In this document: piece after piece, positions 25,331-44,873 of the stretch
Position numbering within the stretch: the first letter of the stretch is position 1
How the letters are laid out: the number at the start of each line of letters is the position of its first letter
The notes under the pieces: model-generated
Told to the model about the DNA's origin: nothing
What the model saw: the letters and a program-made list of their open reading frames with translations, nothing else
Database searches by the model: none
Assembly: GCF_009914755.1 (NCBI RefSeq)
Contig: NC_060944.1
From: the human T2T-CHM13v2.0 reference genome, Homo sapiens
DNA: 64,000 bases
Reading direction: 5' to 3' (one strand)
Position numbers and translations under genes: made by a program

Positions 25331-27870
25331 AAGGTGCACATGAGACTTTGCTTTTCTTTCTCCCTCCGGAAATGCCTCCCTCCTTGTTTACTTATTGTTT
25401 ACTTACCTGTCCTCCTCGGGGGCTGTCTGGGGTGATGACAATCACAGGCTCTGGGGTGGGCCAGATGCTGGGTAATTTATCAGCCCTGCAACCCTGGGAG
25501 ACGGATGTAACCACTGTAAAATGGGACTATAGGATCATGAATGTGAGATCGTAAACATAAAGGACTCAGAAGACGGAGAATGTTCAATAAATCAGTGTTT
25601 TTAGAATTATGGCTCACATCTAATTAATGGGATGCAGGCTGAAATTTTTTTTTAGGTGGACTTGACCTCCACCCTTCAACCTCTGGCTCAAACTCTCTTA
25701 TGCTTATCTCAGTTTAAATGATCTTCCACTGCCTCCTCTGAAATTCCCCGAACCCTCTAAGTGGGATCTCACAGTGTATTATTCTATTCTCCAAATGCTT
25801 CAATAAAAGTAAATTCTTGAATTCAGTTTATTACCTGGTTTAATAATTTTTGGAACGTTGTGCTGGGTTCACAGTGAGTTCCATAAGGACATTCTGGCCA
25901 TTGATCCATCTAAACACTAGCTGTGTCTTTGCTGGAATTGGGAGAAACTCTGTAGGTGTTTCTTGGGACTTGGGCACCATGCTTGGTATTTTACACAACC
26001 AAACCTGAAATTGCAGAGTCTCCCCAGCAACAATGAGTGAGAAATCCACCAGATGCACATATCCCCACTGAGAGCAAGACTATTTACTTCGTTACATTTT
26101 ATACCCAGGAACAACTTGGTTAATATAAATGATAGGATACAGCAAAGCAATTTCCCAGTCTGTGGGGCAGAGAAGATCCCTGGGGAGAAGTAGAATGATT
26201 CTGGAGAGCCTGGAAATCAGGCTACCATGTATGGCCTGTGGGCTGAGCAAACACTAAGCTTTCTGCCCTAGGTGTATTTCATCAAATTTAGGATACCATT
26301 GATTGTAAAGCCCACCATTATTTATGTACTACTAGAAAATAAATACTGACATTATACCGTTGGCACAATGACTAAGGTATCATCAATTTTCAACAACACA
26401 CCAAGACTACAAATGTTAAAGTATAAAATGAGAAAATGTGTTAAAATTGATCAAATAGGTTATGCACTATTTTTGAAGTGAGACTAGGCATTCTGTTAAA
26501 GTAAATTTGTAAAATTCAGATGTATTTGAAAATGTTACAGAATTCATAATAGCATTTTCCCTTTCTTCAAGGATTGCTAAAAATACAACTATTAAGTGTT
26601 TTGACCTTAAAAAGAGCCTTGATTCTCAATAATTTTGAAACCATTAGTGAGGATTTCTTTCTCTCTGCCTTCTCTCTGGGGGTTCTTGTGAAAAATCATT
26701 GACTCTCCAGGGAACAAATCAAATTCTAAAGAGGGTCCCAGAGAAGCTGCTAATTGGAAACAATCAACAAACGATTGGCTCTATTAAGAAGTGTGCTATG
26801 TCAGCCCTTAGCTTGTTACACTCCTAAGTGAATATAATTTCCAGAAAAATCCCAGAATGCAACAAAATATCTTAAGAAATGTTACACTTGGGGAAGTAAA
26901 GAACACAGGACTTAAGTTGTCAAAAATTAAAATCTTTCCCTAAGCACAGCTCTATCAGGTTTTTTCAGAGTATATTCTCAGATCCATTATCAGATTTTAA
27001 TCTCACAAGTCTGACCAGAAAATTCATGGGAGACCTCTATGACTATTCACATGTGGGACGGACATTCAGAAAATGCATTGCAAAGAGCATGGAGGCAAAG
27101 GCCACCAAGAAGTCGCTGGAATCAATGGCAGCCTTTGCAAAAACGTTCCAAATTCTTAACAACCATGACTTATATTTTCACAACTTAGTTTTTAAGGACC
27201 AGATGACTGAGTCTCAAATATTGAAATTTCCAGTAAACAATGAAAAGTCTAAGTGTTCAGTGGGTTCAAAGGAACACACCAGTAACAAATATTTAGAAAA
27301 ATTAATGTCAGATAATTTGATGGGATTTTATAGAAGTGTTGGTTCTCACAGATTTAGTAATGTTTAAGATGATGGCCCATGAGTTCGCTTTCTGGTTCCT
27401 TGAATAAAATGCCCGACAGTGCATTGTCCTATCTCATCTCTGTGTTTAGGCCACTGCCGTGCAGAAGCATCCTTTCTTTCATAGGCAGGCAGGCAGCGTC
27501 CACAGGTGTGAATCCAGAAGTCAATGGCATCTGCACCTTCAGAATATCTACCTGACTTTCCCTACAAGACTGAGGTTTCAGAACCCACACCAACTCTGTG
27601 GGTCTTATTACCAGATTCACCCCCAGTGTCTGCTCTGGACCAAAAGGGCAAAAATCAAGGCATCTGGATAAGTGGCTGCTAGTCCTGTCCTTCCACTGAC
27701 AATTAATTGAATCTGTCTGTACAGGTCCCTGGACCTCATCTGAAAAGGTGGTTGCGGAAAGTGAGAGGAGCCGATGCTTCTCTCTCTGCTTTCTTTTCAG
27801 GCCTAAGCCTCTGTTCTCATTTTAGTTTCTCTGGAGAATTTAATGGACTTTATAGACACAATACACCCTA

Positions 27871-28314
<444 letters not shown>

Positions 28315-28467
28315 AATAAGGCTCACTGGATTTCAAGAGGCATTCGGTGACATCAGATTTTCCCAAATTTGCCAGAAAGATAATTTTACCTGATTAAAAA
28401 AACTTGCCAGAAAGACATAAGACATGTGGTAAAAACTCTTTATAGTTTTCTTTGAACTGAAATTCTT

Positions 28468-28764
28468 TTTTTTTTTTTTTTGAGACAGAGATTTGCTCTT
28501 GTCGCCTAGGCTGTAATACAGTGGCACGATCTCAGCTCACTGTAAACTCTGCCTCCTGGGTTCAAGCAATTCTCCTGCCTAAGCCTCCCAAGTAGCTGAG
28601 ATTACAGGCCCCCGCCACCATGCCTGGATAATTTTTGTATTTTCAGTAGAGATGGGTTTTCGCCATGTCAGCCTGGCTAGTCTCAAACTCCTGACCTCAA
28701 ATGATCCACCTGCCTCAGCCTCCCAAAGTGCTGGGATTACAGGCGTGAGCCACCACGCCCGGCC
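28468..28764 (-). mobile_element. AluS
   Basis: Full dimer; TSD tgaac(t/a)gaaattctt at 28453-28467 and 28765-28779. Confidence 0.95.
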
Positions 28765-29527
28765 TGAACAGAAATTCTTGAAGCCAGAGAGTTATTAAAG
28801 CTAGACAGAAATACACTTTTGCATCCCTTTTGCTAAAAGCCACCAGGCCTGGCAAAGCTATGACTCTATTCAGCCACAGCATTCAGAGGCTGGGCCGCAG
28901 CATTCAGGGGGAGCAGTTCCTGCTGAAACAACTGGCATGCCCAGACTCTAAGAGAAGGCCAAATACTAGTATCAATCAACGGGTGCTTCCTGAGTGCCTG
29001 CTACAGATATCACACATGCTACACGCCTGGTCCTGACAACTAGTCCTAACTAACTAACAGCCAAGCATTTTGGCCCATTAGAGAATCTGTAAGAAGGGCA
29101 CCATGGCTGCCTAGGACTCAAATGAGAGAGACCAAAGCCCCAGAAGCTAGAACCAATTGAGAAAAAGTTTCCGAGAATTTGCTAACATTTCACTTGCCCT
29201 TATTATTGTGGAAGCTGAAATTTAGGTCTTTATTAAAAAAATCATATTAATTTATTTGATTAGAAAATGGTTATTGGGGTACTGGTGTATATGAGTCAGT
29301 GTGGAAAGCAAAATCAATGCTGGCCTTGCTTTTTAGAAGTGCAGGTGTTTGAGATGCTGTCTGAGAAGAACATGTTATGATACAGATGTTGCACATCTGG
29401 AATGTGGAGCTCATTTCATTTATTTATTTATTTTTCTTTTTTTGTTTTTTTTTGTGTAAATTTATGGAGTACATGAGAATTTTTTTACAGGGTATGTAAT
29501 GCATAGTGATCAAGTCAGGGTATTTAG

Positions 29528-29530
<3 letters not shown>

Positions 29531-29582
<52 letters not shown>
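29531..29582. repeat. (CT)13(AT)13 compound microsatellite at the Alu tail
   Basis: Direct inspection. Confidence 0.95.
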
Positions 29583-29876
<294 letters not shown>

Positions 29877-32274
29877 ACAATATATTTTCTAAGTGTAGTC
29901 ATCCTACTCTGGTATCAGACATTGAGTGTCTTCTTCCTATCTTCCTGTATGTTCGTACCCTTTATCTCTCTCCTCTGCATCCTCTCCTTCCCCACACTTG
30001 CCCTTCCCAGTCTGTCATCTGTTTTTCCACTCTCAACTTGCACGCGTTTAAATTTTTTAGCTCTCACGTATAAGTGAGAAGATGTGACAGTTGTCCTTTT
30101 GTGCCTGGCTTATTTTCGCTTTAAAGTGAGAGCCGAGGTCAGCTTGTACATGGCAGCTCCCAGGATTGTGATCTGAGGATCTCCGCAGAGCATGGCTCGG
30201 AAGTACAGGCTTCTTAGACCAGTTAGTACAGGAGCGGGGCCAGGAGAGTGCTGTCCCCTCAGCTCCAGTGGGTGGCTGCCCATCCAGAGCAAGCCTGCAG
30301 CCCCCACCCGCCTCCTCCTTTCACCATTAAGTTGTACTCCCTATGAAACTCCCATGTTTACTGTTGGCGACACCCTCACATTGTGTCTGACTTCTGTCAC
30401 TTTCCCATCTCAGTGCATAAAGTGCAGCCTGCCTGTGGTGTTTGTGATCTTGTCTTGTTTTAAGTCATCTGGGCGAGTGTCCTTTCTCTAGTTTCTTCTC
30501 TGTTGTTGACAATTTCTAGATTGATTTCAAAACAGGCAAATCCTCCCTCCCCATCACCTCTGATTAGGGAGGAACAGAGCCGTGTGCAAAGGACCTATTC
30601 CCAACACCAGGACACCCCAAGCTGCTGCATTCCTGCTGCACTCCAACAGGCAGCATGTCCATCTCCTTGGAAAAGAAAGACATGATTTTCTAGGGGAACA
30701 GCTCCTAGCATATGAACTGCCTCTGGCTTTGGTGTTGGGAGCAGACCTCTAATTTGTACCTTTTACGAGGAATCAGCAGGCTACAACAGCAGATTTCCTA
30801 CCAACAGCAGCTTTATTCCCCTGTGGCCAGGCCGGGTCCCTTAGTGTTGCCTTGCTGAGCTTTGGCCATCCTCAGGCAGCCCTGCAGCACAGCCCAGAAG
30901 CACTGAGGTCCCCAGAGTATCACCTCATCAGCTCCCTGGGGTCTCAGACAAACACAGCCTTCCTAGTCAAGGAAATAATGTCCCCCTTGTGATGCAAAGC
31001 CCCCTGGAGGGACTGAGAGGAGCTTCCTGGCTTCACTTTGAGCGCAGCTGTCCTCAGTTCCTCCTGTGAAGCAGTGGGTAATGGGTGGCCTGGCTGGGCT
31101 CAGGTGGGCAAACAGTCCTTCTGAAGGGAGAGACACCAGGCTGGGGATGTGTATTCAGCCCCTCAGGAAGTGTCCAGGTTCCATGCTGCTCGGTGTGCCA
31201 TGGAGATGCAGATTTCCTCTCAGCTGCCTGATTTCAAAGCCAGACCTGGCTGGAGAGTTTTCAGAGCGTCACACCTGGGACCTACTCCTTCCAGAAAAAA
31301 AGGACTTCCACTGACTTTTCAGGGAGGTTGGCTGAACTCTGAACTCTGAGTCTCTTCAAGAGACTTCAAGAAGGGGAGTGTCTAACGGCTTTTTCGACTG
31401 CATTAAAGCAGTGACTGGTTCTCTTAACATTCAAGGTGCCTTCCCTAATTTCCTTAGTGAGCAATTTAAGATACATTTGAAGATTCCTGCTTTTGCCTTT
31501 TCTCCCCTTCACCAGACACACTTCTTAAGAACAAAATGTAAACTCTTCTACATTGTGCCATTTTGATTTTCAAGAACCTGCTATAGCTCCCTATTATCCG
31601 AGAATGAAATGAACCTGATCTCCTCAGGGACACCTATGTAGCCTGCCGGTTACATGTATGTCACATCTTCAGGAAAGTCTCCCCAATGTCTGGGCCTAGG
31701 CAAAGTCAGTGTCTTCTTGCACTGCTTGTATGTGTGCAGTCCATGAGAGGAGACCCAGGTCTGGTTTGCCTGCTGCTGGCTCCTGATGCCTAACTCAGTG
31801 CTGTGCACAGTAGGCTTATCAAACTTGAATTACACATTTTTTAAAGGAGTCTCAGGAGAAATCTTTGTGCTGCCAGGCTAACACACAACATATCCTTACG
31901 TCCCTGATCACTGATTTCTGCTCCAAAATACCCACAAATTATCCACTCTTTGAAGCCCAGCTTGTCATATTTTCTCCATGCACTTTTCTAATGACTGTAG
32001 CTCATGATATTATTTTCATTTTCACACACCTTTTCACAGGCTACCATGTGGTATAAATTAGCATCTAAGCATCTTTCTCAGTTTGTTTTCTGCTATGTTG
32101 ATGGAATATCATGGACTGGGTAATTTATAAAAAGTAGAAGTTTATTTGGTTCATAATTCTGGAGACCGGGAAGTCCAAGAGCATAGTGCTGGCATCTGGT
32201 GAGGGTCGTCCCATGGTGGAAGGCTTCACGTGGCAATTGAGAACACAAGATAAAGAGAAAAAATGGAGGCCAAA

Positions 32275-32431
32275 CTTTTTTTTTAAGATGAGGTCTCACA
32301 CTATTGCCCAGTCTGGAGTGCAGTAGCACCATCACAAGTCACTGCAGCCTCAAACTCCTGGTCTCAAGAAATCCTCCTGCCTCTACCTCCCAAAGTGCTG
32401 GGGTCACAGGCATGAGACACCATGCTCAGTC
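32275..32431 (-). mobile_element. Alu monomer (FRAM-like) inside the MST LTR
   Basis: PolyT followed by a single monomer. Confidence 0.85.
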
Positions 32432-34150
32432 GAACTTATCCTTTTAGCAGGAGCCCACTCTCACAACAACTAACCTACTCCCCCAAGCTAATGACATTAA
32501 TTCGTTAATGAAGGCAGAACCCTCATGAGGTAATCACCTCTTAAAGGTTCCCGTTTTTAATACCTTTGCAATGGCAATTACGTTTCAACATGAGTTTCGG
32601 ATATTCAGCCATAGTATTCCATCCCTGGCCCCCCAAAACTCATGGCTTTCTTACATACAAAATACATTCGTTTCATCCCAATAGCCCCTAAAGTCCTAAG
32701 TGTTCCATCATTGACTCAAAAGTCCAAACTCCAAAGCCTCATCCACATCAGCAATGTGTGAGGCTCAAGGCATGGTTAGTCTTTGGGCAAATTTCCCTCC
32801 AACTATGAGCCTGTAAAATTAAAACAAGTTATCTGCTTCTAAAATACAATAATGGGACAGGCATAGGTTAGACGCTCTCATTTCAAGAGGGAGAAATGGC
32901 AAGAAGAAAGGAGCAACTGGTCTCAAGTAAATTTAAAACCCAACAGTGAAAACAACTTTAAGTGTTAAAGTTTGAGAAAAATCTCCTATGATTCCACGAC
33001 CTACATTCTGTGTACACTGGGGTGAGGGTTAGGTCCCCAAGACCTTGGGCAGCCTGACCTCTATGGCTTTGCTGGGTGGGAATCTCATGCCTGCAGCATT
33101 TCTAAGCTAGAGTTGTATGCTGGTGGCCCTATGCTTCTGGGGTTTTTCAGGTAGCCCCACTTCCGTGGCTCCACTTGGCATTACCCTAGTGGATGGCTCT
33201 GCCTCTGCAGCAGGTCTCTGCCTGGGTCCCCAAGCAGCCCATGGCATTCTTTAAAATGTAGGTGGAGGAAGCTGTGGTTCCATAGCTCCTGCGTTCTATG
33301 AGCCTGCAGAATTAACGCCACATGGATGCTGCCAGAGTTTACTACTGGTATCTTTTGGAGCATCTAGTCGAGTCACACCTGGGACCACTTGAAACATGGC
33401 TTGAGATGTCAAGGAGTGCTGTGCTGGAATGTGAGGAGCAGAGTCTCCAGGTGACCATGGGCAGTGAGGCCCAGAAAGGTGCCCCAGGTTCATCTCCTGA
33501 AACCACTCTGCCTGCCTAGAGCTCTGGGCCTGTGATGGGAGGGCGAGCCTCAAAGATGTCTGAAATGCCTTTGGGGTCTTTCTCCTATTGTGTTGATGAA
33601 TAGCACTTCCCTCCATTCTATCCATGATAATCTCTTTAGCAAACAATCATTGACCACACCCTCGGTTTGTTCTCCTGAAGATACCTTTACACTATTTACA
33701 TGGCTGAAAATTTTCTATATTTCTCATTTTACTTGCCTTTTAATTATAAATTCTGTTTTTAAATAAGTTTTCTTCACTTCCCTCTTACAATATGCAGTTA
33801 AAAGTAGCCACACAGCTGCTTGAATGCTTTACTTCTTAGATTTTTTTTTTTTTTTTTTTTTTGCCAGATATCCTAGTTTAGTACTCTTTAAGTTTTGCAT
33901 TGCACAAAACCCTCGGGCCAGTATACAATTCAGCCAGGGCTTTTGCTACTTTGCAACAAGGATTTTCTTTTACTTCAGTTTCCAATACTTTGTTCCTCAG
34001 TTCCATCTGAGTCCTCATCAGAATGGCCTTTACCTTCCATATTTTGACCAATGTTCTGGTCACAAACACGTAAGTAATCTCTAAGAAGTTCCAGACTCCC
34101 CCTACAGCTATCCTGTTCTTCTGAGCCTTCATTAGAATTGCCATTAACAT

Positions 34151-34446
<296 letters not shown>

Positions 34447-35284
34447 CTAGGCTTTTCCTAACCAGCTACTTCAAAATCTGTTCTGTCCATACCTTTCACA
34501 GGTATTTTCAGCCTCTGTCCATTACTCAGTTTCAAAGCTGCTTCCACATTTTCAGGTATTTGTTATAGCAAAAACCCCACTTCTTCATACCATTTGATTT
34601 CTTCATCTATTTTCTGCTACTATAACAGAATACCACAGACTAACTTACAAAAAACAGGAGTTTATTTGGCTCATGGTTCTGGAGGCTGGAAAGTCCAAGA
34701 GCATGGCATCAGCATCTGGTCAGGGTCTTGACACTGCAGAAGGCTGTGCATGGCAAGGAAGTGTGCAAGACAGAGAGAAAATGGGGGCCAAATGTATCCT
34801 CTTATCAGGAGCCCACTCCTACGATAACTAACTCACTCCCATAATAACAGTATTAATCACCTTTTAAAGGTCCCACTTCTTAATATGGTCACAATGGCAA
34901 TAAAATCTCAATGTGAGTTTTGGAAGGGACATTCAAACAATAGCAGGATCTGTTCTATCTCTAAACTCTTTGTACTGTCTTATGTTCTGGAAAAATATGT
35001 TAGAAAAATGTATAAATATGCACTTATCTATGACAGAGAAACATACTTAGAAATCAATGCTGCATTATTTACAAATCTTTCAGTGAATATGTCAAATGTG
35101 TTCAATTTAACTATAAGCTCCCAATGGGGAGACATTATGGTGTATTTTTCTTTTATAACTTGTAGATCTTAGCATTGTCCCAGGAGTATAATATATTATA
35201 AACTAGTGTTTTTGAATGAATTTGTTTATTGATTTTACATGGGGAATGACTTTGGCATGCAATCACACCTCCTACCAAAACTCT

Positions 35285-35700
35285 GTATTAGCTGGATGTC
35301 ACTGAATCCCCAAGTCTGGATGTGACATGATCCATGTGATGCTCTTATTATGGGGGGAAATCATTTATTGGTGACAATCTGTGGAAGGCTGACCACATTT
35401 TTAGCCTCCCTTGCAGTTAGATGTGATAATGTGACTGAGTTCCACCAATTAAATGTGGGCACAGGGATGTACACTACTTTCTAGGCCCGCTGCATAAAAC
35501 TCTCTGATGCATCACCCTTTCTGTCTTCCTCTGTTGATTGGATTGGCACTCAGTGTGGCCATAGAATTTACATGCTGAAGATGACTATGCCACTGTGTGG
35601 AGTGTACTTTCTGTACCCAACCCCACCCTCCACCACCTATCTTAATGGCTCATTTTGGACTTTACATGAGTGAGAAATAAACTTCATCACAGTGTCTAGT
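35285..35700 (+). mobile_element. MLT1 (H/I/J-like) solo LTR
   Basis: gcctcccttgcagttagatgtg...gtgactgagttc; tgagtgagaaataaactt. Confidence 0.65.
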
Positions 35701-36559
35701 ACTTGTCTTAATAACTACATTGTGGAGAACCAAAGGGCACAAGAGAGAAATCCTGCCCTCCTTTCCCAGAAACTAATTTAGAATGTTCAAAATAACCTTT
35801 TACTTTACATGACCCTGTAGAAATCCATGGCTTTTGTTAGGGACAGGTGGACAGCATCTAGGATGTCAGAACTCTATACAGGATTATATATTTATAAGCT
35901 CTTACTCATCATATACTCCAACTTTCTCATTTTCAACCTTGAGGTGAAACTCTTATGTATATTTTTGTGGAAGCATTTTTAAATGACAGAAAGTAATTTA
36001 TATATATATGCAAATTCCTTATAATTATGAAAATAATACTTTCAGAGAAACTTTACTTCCCAATTTTGTCAGCTGAGTTTCAATTTCTAATCATCCCCAC
36101 CTCAATTCATTTGAACTAGCTGACTCTTCCATTCCCTTTGACTCAAATTCTCTGCAGGAACTGAAGGAGAAATCAGAGAGAGGATCTGAGTCTGAGAGTG
36201 AGTTTATATTAATGCCTATGGTCTTTGAAGCCCTAGCAAAATGTTCCTCCATAGATCCTACAGTTGATTTCAAAGCTTATGATCTGTTGGCTTTTTTTCA
36301 AGATTCGATGTTGCAGGTTTGTTTTTAGCTGGTGCTTGGGGACCTAAACCAGCCTCTAAAGGAATTAAATTACTAACTGATCCTTGAAGCATAGCAGAAA
36401 CTTTGGACAAGATTGTCAATCAACAAACATGTCCTCTGCTCCTTAAATGAGTGAGGCAGAATCTGAGTCCTGAAGGAGCTTCAGAAGATGTCAGTCAAAG
36501 TGGTTCTGTGCTCAAGGAGGCTACAATTAAGTTGGAATATATAAAGGAGTTGTGAAGGT

Positions 36560-37030
36560 GTCATATCAGGCAGTTTTTGCTGGATAAGAGACCAATTCAA
36601 ATATAAAGATTTAAAGTAAGAAAAATTACTTATCTGTCAGGTTCCTTGGTTCCTGGACAGCTTTTCTGCTCTGGATCAGCTCAGCTGAAACTGGGTTATC
36701 TTAGACAGTCTCACTCACATGCCTGGTGGTTAGCTTGATGTTATCTGAGCAATAGTCATGTGACTCTTTTCCTTCAGCAGGACAACCCAGTCTCATTTTC
36801 TCGGAGGCAGAGGTATCCTGAGCAACAAAAGAGGCCAAGATCCAATGAACAAGCACTTTTCAAATCTTCACTGTGCCATATTTTCTAATGTCTCCTTAGC
36901 CAAAATATTTGTCCAATCTGGATTTAAGAGGCATCAAATGGACTCCATCTCTTGATGGAATTTGAGTCAGATTGCAAACAGGTGTGAATATATGCTTGGG
37001 AGGAGCTTTGGGGCCACTTTTGCAAACCAT
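36560..37030 (-). mobile_element. MLT1-type solo LTR (old)
   Basis: tcactcacatgcctggtggttag; gactccatctcttgatgg. Confidence 0.6.
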
Positions 37031-37404
37031 TTATCAGATGTGCCAGGGTCTCAAGGAAGAGCTAGGGAGTCAAGGCAGGTCAGCAAGGAACATGAGCACT
37101 GCTTTGAATGGTGGTGAGATTTCAACAAAGAAGGATGGGTTGAAGTGAAAGGCAGCCCAAGCAGAGGCAGCGTGAGAGGAATGCTCTGGAGAAGAGAAAA
37201 CTTTGAGCCTGGTAAAGGAATAACTACAGTGTCATTAGAGTGAAAGGATGGTATCAAGAACCCAGAGAAGCAAAGCAGAAAGATGGGAAAATAGAAAATA
37301 AACTACCTCAATGAAATTTCAACATCAGCATAGGCATGTACAACAAATGCCATGTGTCAATCTGCATTCTGTTTGATATATAAAGTGTGTAAAAAAAGAT
37401 TTTT

Positions 37405-39970
<2,566 letters not shown>

Positions 39971-41111
39971 TACCCCACCCTCAAAGCCCTGGTAGATGGT
40001 GGCCTCCATATTTCTTCATTCACTCTGCAGGCAGCGGCAGAGCAAGAGAAGCAAATGCCAGCCTTTCAACTTTCTGGAAGCTTTCAGGAAAAATGTGATT
40101 CCCCAAGGACAGAGGCACTGGGCTCTATGCTTCCTGCATACTCCAGCATTAACTCATGAGATTATTTGTTTTTTTTTAGAAGAGGGGTTTCTAAGTCCAC
40201 TGAGTCAGGAACCATTTTGAGAATCTGATGGAACAGTGGTTTTCCCTCCTAGAAAAATCAATATATGAACGGCATTTTGCATCTTATTTTAGGGGGTTTT
40301 GGGGCTTCTGTCATAATACATCCTTAGACCAGGACAGGAATCCCTGGTTTAGACATCAAATTGTTACCACTCATCAACTTCATGTATATGTGATAGAGTG
40401 AGTTTTTCCATGCTGCCATTGGCAGGAGGATTTTCCCTGCCCTTTTGGTTTAGTTTTGTTTCTCAAATACATAATACATTGACACGATCTCAGAAATCAT
40501 AATCATATACCAGGTACTCTCAGAGAAGTGTCACTTCCTCTAGGTCAGTGAGGTTTGACAGAAGATGTAACGGTTTCCCCAAATCAAAATCTAGAACATT
40601 CCACTGCTGCAGAAAGTCCCTTACATGTGTGCCCAGCTAACCGCCTTCCTTGACCCTACCAGGGCAACCTCTGACTTGACTTTTATCAGGCTAGGTTAGT
40701 TTTGTCCAAATTTTACATAAATAGACTACCAGCTTAGGTTGACTGTAATCCACATCGATGTATTCAATTTTATTCCCATTGTTGGATGCTAATTGTCTTC
40801 AGTCATTTGATACCTTTGCACTAAACAGGGCAAAACTCACGGACAGCGGGGACCTGGTTTACTGCATCCACCAGCGCTGTGGGCAGAGCAGGTCCCTATT
40901 TGTTGACAAATGGGCAGATAAGAATGTGTAATTGAGCCAAGCCTTCAGGGGGAGCGCTGCAGGTTGCCTGTATCCTACCTAGAACTGAGCCGCCATTCTC
41001 ACCTGTTCCTTTCCTGTGTACAGGAAGGATTACCCAACCCAGAGCAGAGTGAGGAATTAGCACATACACAAGGCTTGGGTGGGGGGTGCTGGAAAGGAAA
41101 GCGTGACACTA

Positions 41112-41212
41112 TCAGGGAGGGAGGCAGGAGGGCAAGGGTTGAAAAACTAACTATTGGACACTATGCTCAGTATCCAGGCAATGGGATCATTTGTGCCTCA
41201 AACCTCAGCATC
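41112..41212 (+). mobile_element. Isolated ~100-bp L1PA 3'UTR fragment
   Basis: gggttgaaaaactaactattgg...aaacctcagcatca. Confidence 0.8.
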
Positions 41213-41698
41213 ATCAACGATCAGGCCATGTCTTCCCCATGCAGGCATGGGCCTGCCTTCCCCATGCAGACCACATTACTGGGAGAAATGGAAACAAGAG
41301 ACTCCCGACTTAGCTACTCCAGGTGCAGCAGAGGGCAGGGTGGGACCCAGGGCTTCACCAAATAAAGTTTGTATGACATCCTGAAGCTGAAGGGTGAGGT
41401 GCAGACACCAGCCCCTATCAATTCTGCATCACCCACAGTGCAGGTGGCCTGCTCCTCATCCCACTGTTGATAAAAGCTTAGAGAAACTTTTCTCTTTAGA
41501 GTTCAGAGAAAAGGTCTCCTTATCTTGACATTTATGGAGTGAGTTCCCTAATGAAAACTCTAGGTCACTGCTTAAATAAGTACAAACTTATAGCCAACTG
41601 GTTTCTTTATGCTGTCACCATCATATCATTTCATCCAGTAAATGTTTTGCTGTGTACCACTAAAATATAAGAAGTCATCTTAAAAAATATAATCATAT

Positions 41699-42420
<722 letters not shown>

Positions 42421-43014
42421 TACAATCTTAATACTATTACTGTATGTAAAATAATGAGCAACAATTTCCTCAGTATCATCAAATATCCAGTTTATGTTTA
42501 TATTTCCAATTGTCTCATAAATATCATAATCTTTTTTTAGCGGTTTCTTTAAATTAGGAGCTAAATTACCTATTGCAGTGAGTTGTTTTCAATCTCCTTT
42601 AACTGGCAGGTGTCCTCCCCAACTCTCTCCCTTTCTTTCTCTTTGCCTCACACTCCACTGCCCTGACCTCCTTTTCTCCCTATCTCCCCGTCTCCATTCT
42701 TTGCAACTCATTTATTCGAGAAGCCAGGTTGTGTTTCCTGCAGGATGGGTACCTTCCTAAACTCTGTGCAAGGAACAAATGAGCAAATGGGCCCCGGTCT
42801 TCTGAGCCTGCTTCAGCTGGTGACTTTCTGGGCACTTCCCCTTTTGAGGGTGAGCTAGAGAATAGACAAGCCCACCAAATGAAAATCCCTAGAGCTCTCC
42901 CGGGCTGCTGCTATCAAACCAGCAGGGCTGCGTGGATGACGCCTTGTGCTTGGGGTACGATGAGGCCACCCATCCCTGGCTTTCTCAGATGTGGCCGTGT
43001 ATAGACGCCACTGA

Positions 43015-43330
<316 letters not shown>

Positions 43331-44424
43331 GGGTCTGGCCATGCTTCTTAGAGTTATGTGGTCAGGAAGAAAGGGAGAGAACCTGTTTATTTGACATTTT
43401 TATACACCACTTCATTTGATAACTCAACAATGTTACATAAGAAATAAACAACATAAAACAAAACATAGGCGTATTGTCACACATGTGAAGTAACTAAAGA
43501 TTCTGTCTCCCTTTTGCTGACTCTCCAGACAGCTGCAGAGGCTTGCACCTCCTACCTCCCTCCTCTCCTGATTTCTATTTGTGAGTCATGGGAAATAACT
43601 TACACCGAAGATAACCAGACATTCTGTCCAGGGAGTACTCACACAAGGGCGCAGTTTGATCCACCTTGTCCTGAAAGCTTTTATGCCAGATTTAGGTGAA
43701 TTTGAAGTAAGCACCAGGCCAGGAGACTTGGACTAGCCCTAGGGAATGAACAATCTTCTTACAGATTTGAGGGCAGGTTAGAATAAATCTGCCCAGAGAC
43801 AGAAACAGAAGCCACATGTGGGAGGAAATATCGATGGTCAACACTGACAGGGAAGAGGGGTCTACGGTTCAGTTCTCAAGACATGCAAATGAAAGTACGT
43901 GGAGGCATTTCATGGTAAATAAAGTTCTAGGGGTAGGATGGCAGGGTCATTTATGCATGGTTGTGCTATTTCATAACAGAACACAAGATGGTACACCATC
44001 TGAATGTAAGCAAATTATAAAACATGGCAAGTAAATTGTAGCATTTTGGCTTTAAAATACTATTCAGCTATTTTATATAATTTCAAAAGAACACTTTAAC
44101 AAGGGAAAGGTGATTTCAAAATAGCATTAGAAGGCAGAACTAATGTTTATATGTACAAAATGTCACATACGACATATAAGCATGTATACATAAAGCTGGT
44201 ATAAAACTAGAAGTCAAAACTTGTCTGTCGGGCCAATGAGCAAATACTTTCTATATTTAGGCTGACAGTGAGGAAGTAAAACAACATTTGTTGAACCCCT
44301 TCTTTGTGTCAGACAATTTTCCAGTGATGCCATTTAATCCCTGCAAACCTATGAGTAGGATTTTACAGTATTTGCTTTCATCCTACAGTGGTTATATATT
44401 CTTAATAATAATCACGATAATCAT

Positions 44425-44873
44425 TATCATGGGTTGAATTATGTGCTCCCCAAATTCCTATGTTGATGTCCTAGCCCCTAGTACTTCAGAATGCTACCTT
44501 ATGTGGCAATGGGTTATTTGCAGATGTAGTTAGTTAAGATGAGGCCCTATCAGAGTAATAGTAGTCATGTAATGCCACTATGTCCTTATAAACAGGGGAG
44601 GCTGGGACGCAGACACACACACACAGGGAGAGAGCCATGTGAACATGAGGGCAGAGACTGGGTGATGTGTCTGCAAAGCCAGCAATGGAAAGGTTGCCTG
44701 CAAACCACCCGGAGCTGCAGAGAGGCGTGGAACAGTCTTCCTCACAGTCCTCGGAAGGAACCAGCCCTGCCCACACCTTGATCTCAGACTTCCAGCATCG
44801 GCACGGTCAGGGTCTGTTGTTTTCGCCCCCAGGGTGTGGTACTTTGTTGCAGCAGCCCCAGGAAGTGAATGCA
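44425..44873 (+). mobile_element. MLT1C-like solo LTR inserted in a MIR
   Basis: atgggttgaattatgtgctccccaaattc...gcagccccaggaagtgaatgca; MIR pieces on both sides. Confidence 0.85.
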
